Assembly (NCBI RefSeq): GCF_009914755.1
Contig: NC_060928.1
Source: the human T2T-CHM13v2.0 reference genome, Homo sapiens
Length of the DNA stretch: 64,000 nucleotides
Strand: one strand, 5' to 3'
How positions within the stretch are numbered: the stretch's first letter is position 1; each line of letters opens with the position of its first letter. Under the pieces are notes generated by a model. It saw only the letters and a list, made by a program, of their open reading frames with translations, did no database searches and was not told the DNA's origin. This document shows positions 18,650-36,279 of this stretch, one piece after another. The translations under genes were made by a program, and so were the position numbers.

Positions 18650-18945
18650 TTTTTTTTTAAGAGATGGGGTCTCACTCTGTTGCCCAGGCTGGAGTGCAGT
18701 GGTATGATCAAACTCCCTGTAACCTCAAACTCCTGGGCTCAAGCCATCCTCCCACCTCAGCCTCCCCAGTAGCTGGAACTACAAACGTGTGCCACCATGC
18801 CCAGATAATATTTTTAAAAAGGTTTTGTAGAGAGGGGGGTCTTGCTATGTTGCCCAGCTGGTATTGAATTCCTGGCCTCAGGTGATCCTTCTGCTTTGGC
18901 CTCCCAAAGTGCTGGGATTATAGTGCATGAGCCACAGCACCCAGT
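18650..18945 (-). mobile_element. Alu (J-type)
   Basis: Alu consensus. Confidence 0.9.
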
Positions 18946-19043
18946 CCTATTACCATATTACCTTTTAAGTGGGAAGAGAAAGAATCAAACAAGTAGTTGT
19001 TAACAGGGTTAGTCTTCAAATATTTACTAATTGGGAAGGCTTG

Positions 19044-19429
19044 TGTAATGGTTAATACTGAGTGTCAACTGGATTGAATTGAAGGACACAAAGTATTAAT
19101 CCTGGGTTCCTGGGTATGTCTGTGAGGGTGTTCCCAAAAGAGATTAACATTTGAGTCAGTGGGCTGGGGAAAGCAGATCCATGCTTAATCTGGTGGGCAC
19201 AATCTAATCAGCTGCCAGCGAATATAAAGCAGGCAGAAAAATGTGAAGAGGAGAGACTGGCCTAGCCTCCCAGCCTACATCTTTCTCCCATGCTGGATGC
19301 TTCCTGCCCTCAAACATCAGACTCCAGGTTCTTCAGTTTTGGGACTTAAACTGGTTGTCCTTGCTCCCCACCTTGCAGACAGCCTATTGTGGGACATTGT
19401 GATCATGTAAGTTAATACTTAATACCGCC

Positions 19430-19460
<31 letters not shown>

Positions 19461-19598
19461 ATATGTGATATATATACGATATATATGATATGTGATATAT
19501 ATACAATATATATGATATGTGATATATCATATATGATATATATAGGATATATATATATCCTATTAGTTTGGTCCCTCTAGAGAACCCTGACCAATACA
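19044..19598 (+). mobile_element. MLT2A-family (HERV-L) LTR in ETNPPL intron 7
   Basis: Starts TGTAATGGTTAATACTGAGTGTCAAC, ends CCCTCTAGAGAACCCTGACCAATACA; internal TG/AT microsatellite typical of MLT2A. Confidence 0.88.
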
Positions 19599-19812
19599 GA
19601 TTTGGTACTAGCCAATCAGAGAGGATGCAGGCTGGAGGCTGGAGCAGAGTTCTGAACCCCCGCTGTTGGACCATGTGTAAACCTTGTACTTGCTGGATCT
19701 TGGGGAAGGCTGAGAGAGCATCCAGGAGTCCTGGGTTGGCAGGCACTCAGGTGTGGCTATTTACCAGCTAATCAGGAATTATTTTAATATCTTAGCAACT
19801 AGTATGGCCCTA

Positions 19813-19950
<138 letters not shown>

Positions 19951-21757
19951 CTATACAAGAGAAGATGGTGTCAAAGTCCATTAGGTCCCCCTACAACCCC
20001 CCTAAAAAGAGTATATCTTATAGAGCAGGTTATTTTAAAAATGGCTAGGAATAGACCTGTAGCAAGTGGCAAATTAGCCATTTGATTAAAGAAAAAGGAA
20101 AAGGTGTCTATGCAGGAAAAGCAATTGATTTAAAGCATTAACTTCTGAAAATCTAGGGTACCAATAAAGCTACCATGAGAAATAGAGGAGATGAGAGCGC
20201 AACTTCCATTTCTCCATCATTACATGCAGCAGTTTCATTAGGATGAACTGAATAAGACTGCTATTTTTATTAGTCTTTGGTTATGAACCTGTAAAAAGTT
20301 ACCTAGGTCCAAAGGCATTGTCGTGATGCCTGTTTCTTAAGCTTGGTGAAGTAGGGCTGCTTGAGGCTGGAATTTGCACCATGAAAGTGGCAGGGTGGTT
20401 TGTGGCCACACACTGTAGTTACTGTGCCGTATTTCTAGGTTTTGCCCTAAACCACGCTTAACTCAACAGTGGGCAGTTAACAATAGGAACTACAGATGAA
20501 TCATTCTAGAGACTAAGAAAAGAGAAGTAGGAAACAGATAATGTTGAAGAGAAAGCACAAAGAATGTGAGATAAGAAATCAAGAGAACCCAAGTTCTAGT
20601 TCAGACTACCCCTTAGTAATTGTATGACCTTGGGTTAAATCCTTCACTTTTTAGATATTTGGTTTCTTAGCTGTAAAATGAGGCTGTTGGACTCAAGACT
20701 TTTGCTGTACAATTCCATGACTTTGCAAGCACATCTAATATTCTGAAGCACTGATCTTATATTTGTTCATTGCTTTCAGCACTGCTAATATGACAGCAAC
20801 AATCCAATAAATGTTGAATGCTAATGTTCTCAAAAAATTATTCAAACCCTCTTTTAGCAGCAAAGAGTCCGTAAGATCTTGTTAATGTAAATTTTTTCCT
20901 AAAAGTGTTGTTTGCCATTTGTTTAAACAGGTACAGACCACATTTGAAGAGGAAGAGTATGAAGCTTCCTACAACACGTAGAGCTTTAGGTCTACCTGCA
21001 CAGATGTTTCACATAAGAAGATACGAAAAACAAATGGGTTGGGGAAAAAAAAGAAGAAACAGTTAAGAAATGTGAATGGCTCTCTAGTCATGAAGACAAA
21101 AATATTTGAGTTAATTATAAAAAGAAAAGGCCTCATTTTTATTTCAGTTAAGGTTTTTTTTTAAAATAGCCAAGTCTATGCTATAAGCCAATTTTAAGGC
21201 AAAGTACTGTCAGGTTGCATTAACATCCACATAAATAACCTACAGATGGGCTGAGAATTGAACATTAAGCTGAAGACAGTAGGGTGAAGACCAAGAAAGT
21301 GAAAACAATTTTTTCCTGCTCTCAAGGATTTTGTTTCTGTCTTAGAAGTCCAGGCCCACATCGGAAGAACATTTTCTGCCTTGGCTTACCCAGGTGCAAA
21401 CCAGCCCCAGGCTCCATGGCTTCAAGAAGGTCGAAGTTCAAGGGAAGCACCAAGGCTCCCTTGTGGGTCTGGAAATCTGCATTGGTCCTCAGGTCCAAGG
21501 GCTACTTTGTCTCTTCTCTTCCCTTCACCATATAATGACCCCTACCCCTCTAGACTAGACCCTGCATACCACTGAAAAGGTCAGAATTAGGCAACCAGTT
21601 CTGGAACCAGATAATGGTTGTATTTCCAGGATAAATACAAGTAGACAGTCTTAGAGGCATGATTGTAATAACGCATTTTTGAAATTTGAATCAAGTGAAA
21701 ACGTAACTAGAGAAGAACAGAAAGGGACATTAGATATAATCCTTTTCCATCTCTTCA

Positions 21758-21952
<195 letters not shown>

Positions 21953-22337
21953 TCAAATAATGCAGTTGCTTGTAATTTGCCTTTTCGACAAACCTTAAAA
22001 AAAAGGCATTTCCCCACAAGAACATGTTAGAATGGTGATCATGTGAACTTAAGATACTTTAGGTTTTTTTGTTCTTTTTTTCCCTTAACATTTCTAAATT
22101 CTGTGAAGAACTGACATCTTTGAATTGTGAACAGAAGTTTGGATTTGCTTCCAGACTGTTATACATCAAGACTATATCCCTCCTCACATAAATAGAACAT
22201 TCAAATCAACAAATGTGATGATAGTATTTAAAAATGTCAGTGAATGGAAACTGTATTAACTAGTCTGGATTTAAAATGAGCCAACACCGATCAACTATAT
22301 TGCAAATCGTAATCATTCAGAAAACTAGAGTGTGTTA

Positions 22338-22680
<343 letters not shown>

Positions 22681-22681
22681 T

Positions 22682-23228
<547 letters not shown>

Positions 23229-23553
23229 CAAGAGCAATTTAAAAACACACTTAGTTCAACTCTGAATTTTGAGTTGGCATTTGTGATAGAAAATGTAACT
23301 GAAGATTAAGGAGCAAGAAAAATAAAATGATAGCTCTGAACAACTACTAAACTAATTTGCCTATTGTAATACTCATCAATGTATTTTAAATAGATAAATA
23401 AATTTTAAATAACATTCTGTCATTATTTAGCCCTTTGACCTTAGCAAGCCACATAACTGCTCTTGATTTTAGTTTCTCTTTCATGGTTCATCTAGATGAA
23501 AGCATTGGCTGGATTATCATTAAGCATTCCTCCAATACAAACATTCTGATTTA

Positions 23554-23691
<138 letters not shown>

Positions 23692-24192
23692 TCAAAATAA
23701 TTCCAAGAGAGATATTTTCAAGTATATGAAAACCAGTGTTGCATTTCATCCATATGCATCCATCCAGGGAGAATCTCAACACTGGTGCCAGATTTGACTA
23801 TATGGGATCTAATTTTTCATGGCAAGACTGGCCCTTAATGTGTACAATTCTTCTTTTACATGTAATAAAACTCATAGAAAGCCAAGCATGTGTCCTCATT
23901 GACAATTTCTTTTTAGTTGGGAAAAACTGATGTATTTGGATTATATTGCTAAATTAGATTGTCTAAATGTGAAAAATTGTTTTCTATATCCTCATGCAAT
24001 ACTTTACGTGTATGTATTCTTTAAATGTGTTAAAAGAATATGTGTTACATTCTAGTAAATTTAAAAACAACTTTATATCATAGAATGGGCATCTGTTTCT
24101 GTTCGGGATGATTTCTAAAGCATGTCCACTTGCAAATATTAGGCAAATATTACTTGAGAAGGAAAAGGAGATCTTTTTAAGAACTAAGATTG

Positions 24193-24385
24193 AGGCTAGC
24201 CATATGCAGAAGAATGAAACTAGACTCCTGCCTTTTATCATATACAAAAATTAACTCAACATGGATTAAAGACTTAAATTTAAGACTTAAAACTGTAAAA
24301 ATCCTAGAAGAAACCCCAGGAAATACCATTCTGGACATCAGCCTTGGCAAAGAATTTATGAATAAGTTCCCAAAAGCAATTGGGA
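24193..24385 (+). mobile_element. L1 ORF2 fragment (L1P-type)
   Basis: [36 protein letters not shown], typical of L1 ORF2 C-terminal region. Confidence 0.9.
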
Positions 24386-24486
24386 AGGGCATGAAATGAG
24401 GTGCATATTTAACTTCACCCTCTACATCTGAAGTTAGTGAGTGGGGTGGAGGAGTAGACAAAAATTTAAAAGAAAAAATATCCGTA

Positions 24487-24798
<312 letters not shown>

Positions 24799-25368
24799 CT
24801 AATAAAGATGGAAGTTGCCAGATTTCTGGTTTAAAATGTAATAAATTCATGTTTGACAGGTAAGATTAGATAGTGACTGTTAATAATTACAGGCTAATGA
24901 AAAAGTTTTAAATCTTACGTGGCTGCCGGTTTTCTTTAAAATTTGCTGTAAATTGTTATCTTTAAAATTAGTGACTGCGAATAATCACAATAGTGAAGTG
25001 AATGCTTGAACTTTTTTTGAAATTAATTGTATTCTTATTTGGAAAACAATTTAATTACTTACATGTTAATAGTGGCTCAATGAATAATGTGTGAAAAGTA
25101 ATCCATGATTCATGCAAACTCCATGAAGCTACATCCCCCACAGTAACCAAGAGAGCCTCTCCTACTTCCTGGTACTTAGAAGGAATTAAATATCCCTCTG
25201 GATTTAAGCTGGCCTTGATAGCTTAATACATAATTTTTAAAAACATTAAAACATTGCTCCATATATCTGTCCTCTTTCACATGCGTTCATGGTATTAGTA
25301 TGGATAGGATCAATACAATTTTGTCTCTGAAGAAGCTTCTTGCTTAAAAATCTTGTGTCCAAGACTTA

Positions 25369-25799
<431 letters not shown>

Positions 25800-26436
25800 A
25801 TTTAGGATGTTAATTACAAAAGTTGTAAGATTACATTTATTCAGAAACTTATAAAATAATAAGTTGAAATCCTCTCCTTCCTCTATCTTGCCTGCCCACT
25901 TTACCCTTCTAATATAAGGTTCCTTAGATGTTTTCAGTAAAGAATGAGACATATAGAAGAAACCCAATAAAAATTAAGGATATGCTGCCCATTCCAGACT
26001 TTAGTCTAGTTCAGCCACATAGTGACTGAGGACACGAAGAAGCCTTCACTAAATCTGATCTCCACAGGAGGAATGGGAGACTGAGGGCCCATTAGCTTGG
26101 CTGCCAACCCTATGTCATATTTACCCAACATTTGACTAGCTTCCTTCTCTATAAAATGAGTATCAAATTTTTTCCTATATATTTCAGACAATCTAAATAT
26201 ACTACCCAAAAAAAGGAAGAAAATAATAATAAGTGGAATGTTTACTATCCGTTAAACATCATGCTGAGGATTTTACTTGTATTTTTTCTCATAACAGCAT
26301 TACAAGTATTGCCATCTCCTTTATATGGATAAAACAGCCTCAGAGAGGTAAAGTAATCAGAATAAGGTCTCATAGCTAATATGAGGTAGAGCAGGATTCA
26401 GACTGAAGACTTTTTTACTTTTAAGAGTATTTTGTT

Positions 26437-26850
26437 GGCCAGACATGGTGGCGGTGGCTCACGCCTGTAATCTTAGCAATTTGGTAGGCCAAGGCGGGAA
26501 GATTTCTTGAGGTCAGGAGTTCAAGATCAACCTGACCAATCTAGCAATACCTTGTCTCTAAAAATAATAAAGTAATTTTTTAAATTAAAAAAATAGAATA
26601 TTAGTCTTGGCTGGGTGCGGTGACTCATGTCTGTAATCCTAGCACTTTGGGAGGCTGAAGCGGGCAGATTGCTTGAGCCCATGAGTTTGAGACCAGTCTG
26701 GGCAACATGGTGAAACCCCATCTCCACAAAAAATACAAAAATTAGCCCAGGCATAGTGGGTTATGTAACCCCTATGGGTTACAGGGGCTCACCCTGTAAC
26801 CCCAACACTTTGGGAAGCCGAGCCAGGCACAGTAGTGTGACCACCATGCT
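26437..26850 (+). mobile_element. Alu monomer plus rearranged partial Alu
   Basis: Left-arm consensus at 26437 and 26609; right arm replaced by rearranged sequence. Confidence 0.8.
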
Positions 26851-26949
26851 GGACATAAATTGGTTTTAAAATATCTTAATGGAAAGTGAATCACAGAGAG
26901 TCATATAATCAAATATTCACGGAATGTCTAATAGTTAATTTTCATATAT

Positions 26950-27240
26950 ATTTCTTTCTTTTTTTTTTTTTTTTTTGACGGAGTCTCACTCTGTCGCCAG
27001 GCTGGAGTGCAATGGTGTGATCTTGGCTCACTGCAACCTGACTGCAATTCTCCTGCCTCAGCCTCCCAAGTAGCTGGGACTACAGGCACACACCACCACG
27101 TGCAGCTAATTTTTGTATTTTTAGTAGAGACAGGGTTTCACCATGTTGGCCAGGATGGTCTTGATCTCTTGACCTCGTGATCCACCCTCCTTGGCCTCCC
27201 AAAGTGCTGGGATTACAGGCATGAGCCACCACGCCGAACC
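26950..27240 (-). mobile_element. Alu (Sc-like)
   Basis: Alu consensus with small deletion. Confidence 0.92.
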
Positions 27241-27418
27241 ATATTTCGTTTTTAAAATAGGAGTTTCTACTATATATCTATAAAGCTTTCCCCAATATAA
27301 TATTGCACTTTAAGCACATATTTAGACATGCATTTGCAAAAACATACTCCTAAATATCTGCATAATAGTCTATAGAATGGATATATAATGATTTGAATTT
27401 ACAGAATTTAAAAGTTGG

Positions 27419-27562
27419 GGCCAGGCACGGTGGCTCACACCTGTAATCCCTGCACTTTGGAAGGCTGAGGTGGGCAGATTGCTTGAGTTCAGGAGTTCAA
27501 GAGCAGCCTGGGCAACATAATGAGACACTGTCACTAAAAATCAAACAAAACAAAACAAAAAA
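27419..27562 (+). mobile_element. Alu left monomer (FLAM)
   Basis: Left-arm consensus with A-rich tail. Confidence 0.85.
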
Positions 27563-27721
27563 CTAAGTTAAAAAGTTGAGGCAGCCCGAGGTGCCTGCCT
27601 GGAGATGGCCAGCCTGTGGGTGTTGGTGCTGGCCCCAGGGTCCCCACGCTGACCCCGAGGCGCTGCTGGTGGCCCTGTGCATGGCCTTCCAGACCAGCCC
27701 GCATCTCTTGGGGCTCCTTCT

Positions 27722-28020
<299 letters not shown>

Positions 28021-28107
28021 GAAAGTTGAAATGTATCTATTTGAGTTTCCTTCTTTTTTCTTTTCTTATGTTTGTATTGGGGAAATATGCTCAATTTTCA
28101 ACAATCA

Positions 28108-28407
<300 letters not shown>

Positions 28408-28662
28408 CTAAAGTTACTCATACACTCATTGAAAGAATATCTTGGCCTATCAATCCTTCAGCTACTTATTGCACTGCCTGAGGAGGTGAGCATCATTTGA
28501 TCAGTTAGATTCACAGTCGTAGAATAAAGTGGGAGAACCAGAAAGGCTAGGTCCCTAATGTGTGATCACTTAGTGAATGGCAAGAAACTCAGCAAACCCT
28601 TTTGGACAAGCTCCACCATGAATCAAAAGGAAAGATTTGTGTGCAAGAGTAGACAAAGTTTA

Positions 28663-28866
<204 letters not shown>

Positions 28867-28896
28867 TTATGAAACAAAAGCCCAAGAAATAAGTTA

Positions 28897-29295
<399 letters not shown>

Positions 29296-31792
29296 CTACT
29301 CTCAGTATTTTTCCTTCTCAATGAAGGTCCCCATCAGTGGAAAAGTACAGTTACATAAAGGAAAGGGAAAACACAACCTGGATGACATACATTTCTTTTC
29401 ATTTCATGTAAACCTGGAAACTTTTATGTTAATCCCCCATTCATGACATTGTTCACATTCCTTATGCTTGTTATATTAAATATGCCATGATTTGACAATT
29501 TATTAGAGGCACAGGAATCCACTCTCTGATGGTTCTAATCACACAGACCAATAACTAATTTTCCTTTGAGAAATTTTGTTCTATCAGAAAAAAAATAACC
29601 AAGTTTTTTTGGGGGGCTTAATGTGTCAGAAGCTGTTATATATTTTGTAAATATTATTTAATCCTGTCAACAATCCTATGAAAGAGAGGTTATTATCTTT
29701 CTCACTCTTATAGGTGAGGAGACCAAGGCACAGAGAAATTAAGTAACTGGTTTAAGGCTACACAGACAGTAAATGAGAAAACCAGAATTTGCAAGTAGGC
29801 TGTGTTGTGCTGTAGCCCAAGGTAGACATCTCTGTTTCCCCTTCAATCTAATGTATAAAGACATGAATAGCACTGAAAGCTAAATGCAAATAACCTAGAG
29901 TTAAATACTACGCAGGAAGTTTTATAGATTATTTTCATTTTCATGTATTTTGAGTGGTACTTGTCCAGTATCAAATGGATTTTCCATTATTAAATAGTGA
30001 AATTCAATTATTCTTCTAAGCATTTAATATGTTTTTTGAGCATAATAAGGTCATCCATACTTTTATTTGGATGAATGGCTGGATTATACATTTTAGCACA
30101 TAGAAATTTCACAAAGGCTTCTAATCTTGGCTTTATGAACATTTAAGAACTAAAGTTAAATATATTTATTTATTTTGGTGATTTTGCATACATACAAAAA
30201 AACCCTCACACACATTGGAGGTAGTTCTAGTAGTAGAAATATACTAAATTGATATGTAACTGTTTAGAAGGAATTTTGATTATTACAAACAGTAGGTAAC
30301 CTCAAATTTTAAAATTGCATAAGGTTGTGTTATATATTGATTTTTTTTAAGCATCATCAGCTGAAATGAAAATAGTATTTTATAAGAATTTCTTATTGGT
30401 TCAAACTCAGCTGTTAGTTTATACCTACAAGTTAAAATCCAAAAAAAAACTTTGTTAAGGATGTGAGCTGAAAGCTGCAGACTTCACATTGCCTTTTTAA
30501 TACACTTTCCACCTTGCCCGTCAGACTTCAGGTAAAATTCTCCTTTATCCAGTCAGCCCATGGCTACACTCGTGCTTTTAGAAAATTTGTTCTGCTCATG
30601 TCAGAAACCATTAGGCATTTACCGGAATCTAACTAAGATTGAAAACTAACGCAGTGAGTGATTAGAAAAAGTAGGGTAGTGATTGATTAATGGGGAAAGA
30701 ACTGGATTATTTTGATCCCACTTAGCGGCTGAGAGAGATGGAACTAGTCTTCCAAACCACCCAGAAACCCCTCCAGTTGGGGTGAGGAGCTTCAGTCTGA
30801 GAAACTGTCCAGCATTCCTCCGAAGAGGATGCGGATTGTTTTCTTCCTTGTAACCCCAAGTGCTCTCTCATGCCCACTGGCCCGGCTGCAGTCGTTCATT
30901 TCAAGTGAATATTGCAGACGGTTGACTTTACAGTATTCGGGGTCATTAATCATCATTTATATTTACACGTATCTTTTTAAAAACCACGCACAAAACACTA
31001 ACATATTAATCTCATCTTCTTGCTCCTGTGAAGTAGAATGTTATTCCTACTTTCATAGAAGAGACAATTAATTTGACAGAGGTCCACACAGGGAATATGA
31101 CATCCAACGAGAGCTAGAGCCCCTGTCGGTCTTATATACTCACCTTTATATTACTAAGTCGTTTGTGACGGGGGCAAGACAAGCAGGCTGGGAAGAACAC
31201 AGCTTGGGAGAGCAAGTTGGGTAAGAGGGATCTAAATAAAGTCTCTGCTTTTCTAACAGAAGGTGGTTTCAAGTTTTTCTATTGGCTAGATAAACCCTTC
31301 ATCACTTAACCAAGCATGCAAGAAGAAAAAGCTCACTTTAAGTAAAAATTGTCAGAATTGGTTTGTTTGCGGAGCCATCATGAAAAAATATTTCTCAGTT
31401 CACAGTTTCCAAAAACTTTCGAGTTGTGTGGGGGTGGCGGAGCGCTATCCTTCTTCCACCCATCTCCCATCCCTGGAATGGTGTCTGCTAGGGCTATTGG
31501 CCGTCATCCACCAACCCCTCTAGCCGGCCGGCAGCCCCCGCTAGTCCGCCGGCTGCAGAGCGAGCCGGGGACTTTCGAGCGGGCAGGAAGCCCAGCGTTC
31601 CGGGTTCCAGGAGCGTTTCTGGGAGTCCGCGCGGCCCCTGCAGGTGGAGGCGCGCGGGGCGCGTGCACAGGCGCGGCGGGCACGGAGTGCGGCTGCAGCG
31701 CATCGTTTGTTCCCTAGCCGGCTTTCTCTCTCCACCTTCTGCACTCGTTATTGCCCCCTCTCTGCACTTACTTCCGGGCCAGGGTGCCCTTA

Positions 31793-31903
<111 letters not shown>

Positions 31904-32025
31904 CTACGCGAGCCTGGGACTGCCTTGGCGGCCCCGGCCGGCCTTCCTCCCGTTATCCCTCCTGGCGTTCTCTTGCCCGGGGCGTCGGAGGTCACCGGTG
32001 GCGTCAACTAGCTAGGATCATCTCC

Positions 32026-32033
32026 CTTTTAAG
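32026..32033 (-). promoter_or_regulatory. TATA-like element (CTTAAAAG)
   Basis: Short AT run about 180 nt upstream of the ATG inside the GC-rich promoter; implies a TSS near 32000 (inference). Confidence 0.4.
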
Positions 32034-32730
32034 TCTGGCTCTGGCGTTGCCCTTTGCCAAGCCCCTCCTCCTCCCCCGCCGGGGCCGCGGGCAGGTCGCC
32101 GGGCTAGCAGCTCATTCGCCACCACCCTGTCCTGCCAGGCCGGCTCGGCCCTACCCGCCCCTATCATTCCTCTGAATTCGCCTTTCATTCTCCTAACTTT
32201 GCCTCGTCTTTGCTTTTCCTCCTCCTCTGCCTGCGAATTCCCTCCTTCCCACGTTCTTTCTGGTTTCTTTTTAGTGTAGTCCTTTATTTTCTGGTAAAAA
32301 TTCAGGAGTTAGGCGCTTCCCGGATCAAGACTCACTGCGCAGTCTGATAAGGTAACCTACCATTTACTCAGCACAAGGACGCGTCCTAACGAGAAATAAC
32401 CCGGACTCAGCCTGTTATCTCCATTGGCAGTGATGATATATGCAGTGTTTCAAACATCTCCTTTAACAATGATTACACTTCTAATTCCTCTAACTATACA
32501 ACTTACAAAACACATTCACATGACTTATCTTGTTCAGTCTTCAAAACAACCCTGAGAGATGACCACGAGTGTTACCCCATTTAATGAACGGGGAAAGTGA
32601 GGTTATTCCCTGTTCTAATGATTATATATCCACTTGATGCTGAAAACGGGACTCATTCTTAGATTTCTTGACTTCCTTCAAGATGGTCTTCTCACACAGA
32701 TCATATCTGAAGCTAAATATGTGCACAGGT

Positions 32731-33013
<283 letters not shown>

Positions 33014-33381
33014 TAGAATCTTAATTAACTGAATCATTAAATCATACATTATTTTAACTAGAAGTCATCTGGTTTAACTTCTCTGCTCTGTAGATAAGAA
33101 CAGTGAGGCACAGGAAAGGTGAAGGTTTATTCAAGTTCACACAAACACTTAGTCATTGGGTTAAGGATAGGTCATTTTATTCTCTCTGTGTTTTGAAAGG
33201 GCAGCAGGGAAAGCCTAATTTGCATGTATCAACACATTTGATAAGTATTTGCAACTGATCTTTCTCTTGAAAAAAGTTATTAATATATATTCATGCACTG
33301 CAGGAGGAGTAGAATTGGATTGCCTAAGGTAGAAAGAGAAATGGAGTCCTATGAGGAACAGTGTGTTAATTCCAGATTTTA

Positions 33382-33692
33382 GGCCAGGCGCCGTGACTCA
33401 CGCCTGTAATCCCAACATTTTGGGAGTCCAAACTGGGCGAATCACCTGAGGTCTGGAGTTCCAGACCAGCCTGGCCAACATAGCAAAACCCCATCTCTAC
33501 TAAAAAAATACAAAAATTAGCTGGGCGTGGTGGTGGGCACCTGTAATCCCAGCTACCCAGGAGGCTGAGGCAGGGAGAATTGCTTGAACCTGGGAGGCAG
33601 AGGTTGCAGTGGGTTGAGATCATGCCACTGCACTCCAGCCTGGGCAACAGAGTGAGACTCCATCCCCCTCCACAAAAAAAAGAAAAAAAAAA
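33382..33692 (+). mobile_element. Alu (S-type)
   Basis: Full Alu. Confidence 0.93.
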
Positions 33693-34009
33693 GAATTCCG
33701 TGTTTTATAAATGAAGAGCAGGAAGCACTTTGGAGACTTGCAAGAAATCCCAGTTATGTAATCTTGGTCTAGTTCTGTGCCTGAAAGATATTGCCAACTG
33801 TATATCTACTCTCAAACCACCTTGACCTGGTGAAGTCATAGTCACACTTCCTTCATAAAACTTTATGGATTCTTGTTGTTAATATTCCCAGTGCCTTAAG
33901 AAACTCTGGATTAAGAGTCTTGGGTTCTAGATCTGGTTCTTCCATAAACCAGCTGGGCTTCTTAACCTTTCTGAGGCCCAATTTCTTTGTATTGAAAACT
34001 GAGCTCTGT

Positions 34010-34300
34010 GGCTGGTGGGGAGCTACACAGCTGTAATCCCAACACTTTGGGAGGCTGAGGCAGGTGCATCACTTGAGCTCAGGAGTTTGAGACCAGCCTG
34101 GGCAACCTGGTGAAATTCTGTCTGTACAAAAAATTTAAAAATGAGCCAGAGATGGTGGCGTGTACCTGTAATCTCAGTTACTCGGCAGGCTGAGGTGGGA
34201 GGATCCCTTGAGCCTAGGAGGAAGAGTCTGCAGTGAGCTAAGATTGTGCCACTGCACTCTAGCCTGGATGACACAGTGAGACCCTGTCTCATAAAAAGAA
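34010..34300 (+). mobile_element. Alu (J-type)
   Basis: Alu consensus. Confidence 0.9.
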
Positions 34301-34716
34301 GAAACTCTCTGACTCAAAGCATTACAAGTAGGGCTTGAATGAGATCATGATTTGGTCTTTATAAGGGTAGAGTCCTGAACCCTCTTCTTTTCTCTTCACT
34401 CTTTCCCAAGAGTGCTACCTTATGTTTTAACCATTTATTTAGGAGAAGGCTTCTTAGATTCATTATCTTTTATGGGAAAGCAAGTCACTGTTACATAAAA
34501 GATAATTTCCCCATTATTTAACTTTTTTCACGATAGAATATATAACATTGACTGAGTACCAAGGACAGTCTTTAAATAAAGAACTGACACATAATGGATC
34601 AAAATAAGGATGGATGAAAGTCGACAGACATCCACACTATACAAAGCTTTATCAAAAAACAAATCCCAAGGTATTTTGGGGTATATTTTCTCATGTACTT
34701 CTCAAATGTAGAATTA

Positions 34717-35097
<381 letters not shown>

Positions 35098-35688
35098 AGT
35101 TGACGTTCTTTCAGTTTTGGTCCTGACATTATTGATTGGCTCACTCTATTAAGTGAGTCCTGATCCGAAGGTCATAGATTTCTCAACAACCTAGGCTTGG
35201 CCAAACAAACCATACTTGTGCATGACTGAAATGAGGAGGTACAGCCCACGCAAGCTTGGGAAAATAAGAATTCCATTCAATAGTCCAATGAGAAGAGTCT
35301 GAATGGCAAGTTTTAATTTTCTTTTTGGTAAAAACCCTGTAAAAATGGGTGGGTGAACTGTATGTTCCCAAGAACAGAGATTATTCAGCTTATTAGACAT
35401 TACTCAAGATGGAACATGGGCATTTGAAACTTTTCACTCTTTCCTGTTACCCTGTCATGCCCTAATCTACCCTACCCTTCATAGGGATTTGTATTTTCTG
35501 AAAATCATACATCATCTGGGACAAATGCTGGGTGTGGTGCTTTTCTGACCTGACACACGGTATCCAAAGAGGGCATCCTTGACCCCAGACAGAACTTTGC
35601 ATGAGCAATATAGTTCACGTGTCTAAACTTCACCTGAGAAGTCTACACTGCTGTCAACGTGTGCATATAACTGTGCACACAGCTCCTA

Positions 35689-36114
<426 letters not shown>

Positions 36115-36142
36115 TCAATGGCACATCAAGATTGTGTAAACT

Positions 36143-36279
<137 letters not shown>

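Noticed and set aside
21284-21535. Plus-strand ORF containing MASRRSKFKGSTKAPLWVWKSAL, antisense in intron 6
   Set aside because: Short, with no promoter or homology I can verify; a BLAT/TBLASTN search would be needed before claiming anything
26758-26802. Interstitial telomere array
   Set aside because: Only four isolated hexamers in alternating orientation; better explained as fold-back copies of Alu sequence
32004-32021. Possible uORF ATG ATC CTA GCT AGT TGA upstream of ETNPPL
   Set aside because: Sits only about 6 nt from the TATA-like element, so probably upstream of the TSS
35355-35369. Possible glucocorticoid response element TGAACTgtaTGTTCC
   Set aside because: One half-site is poor, and such partial matches are common by chance
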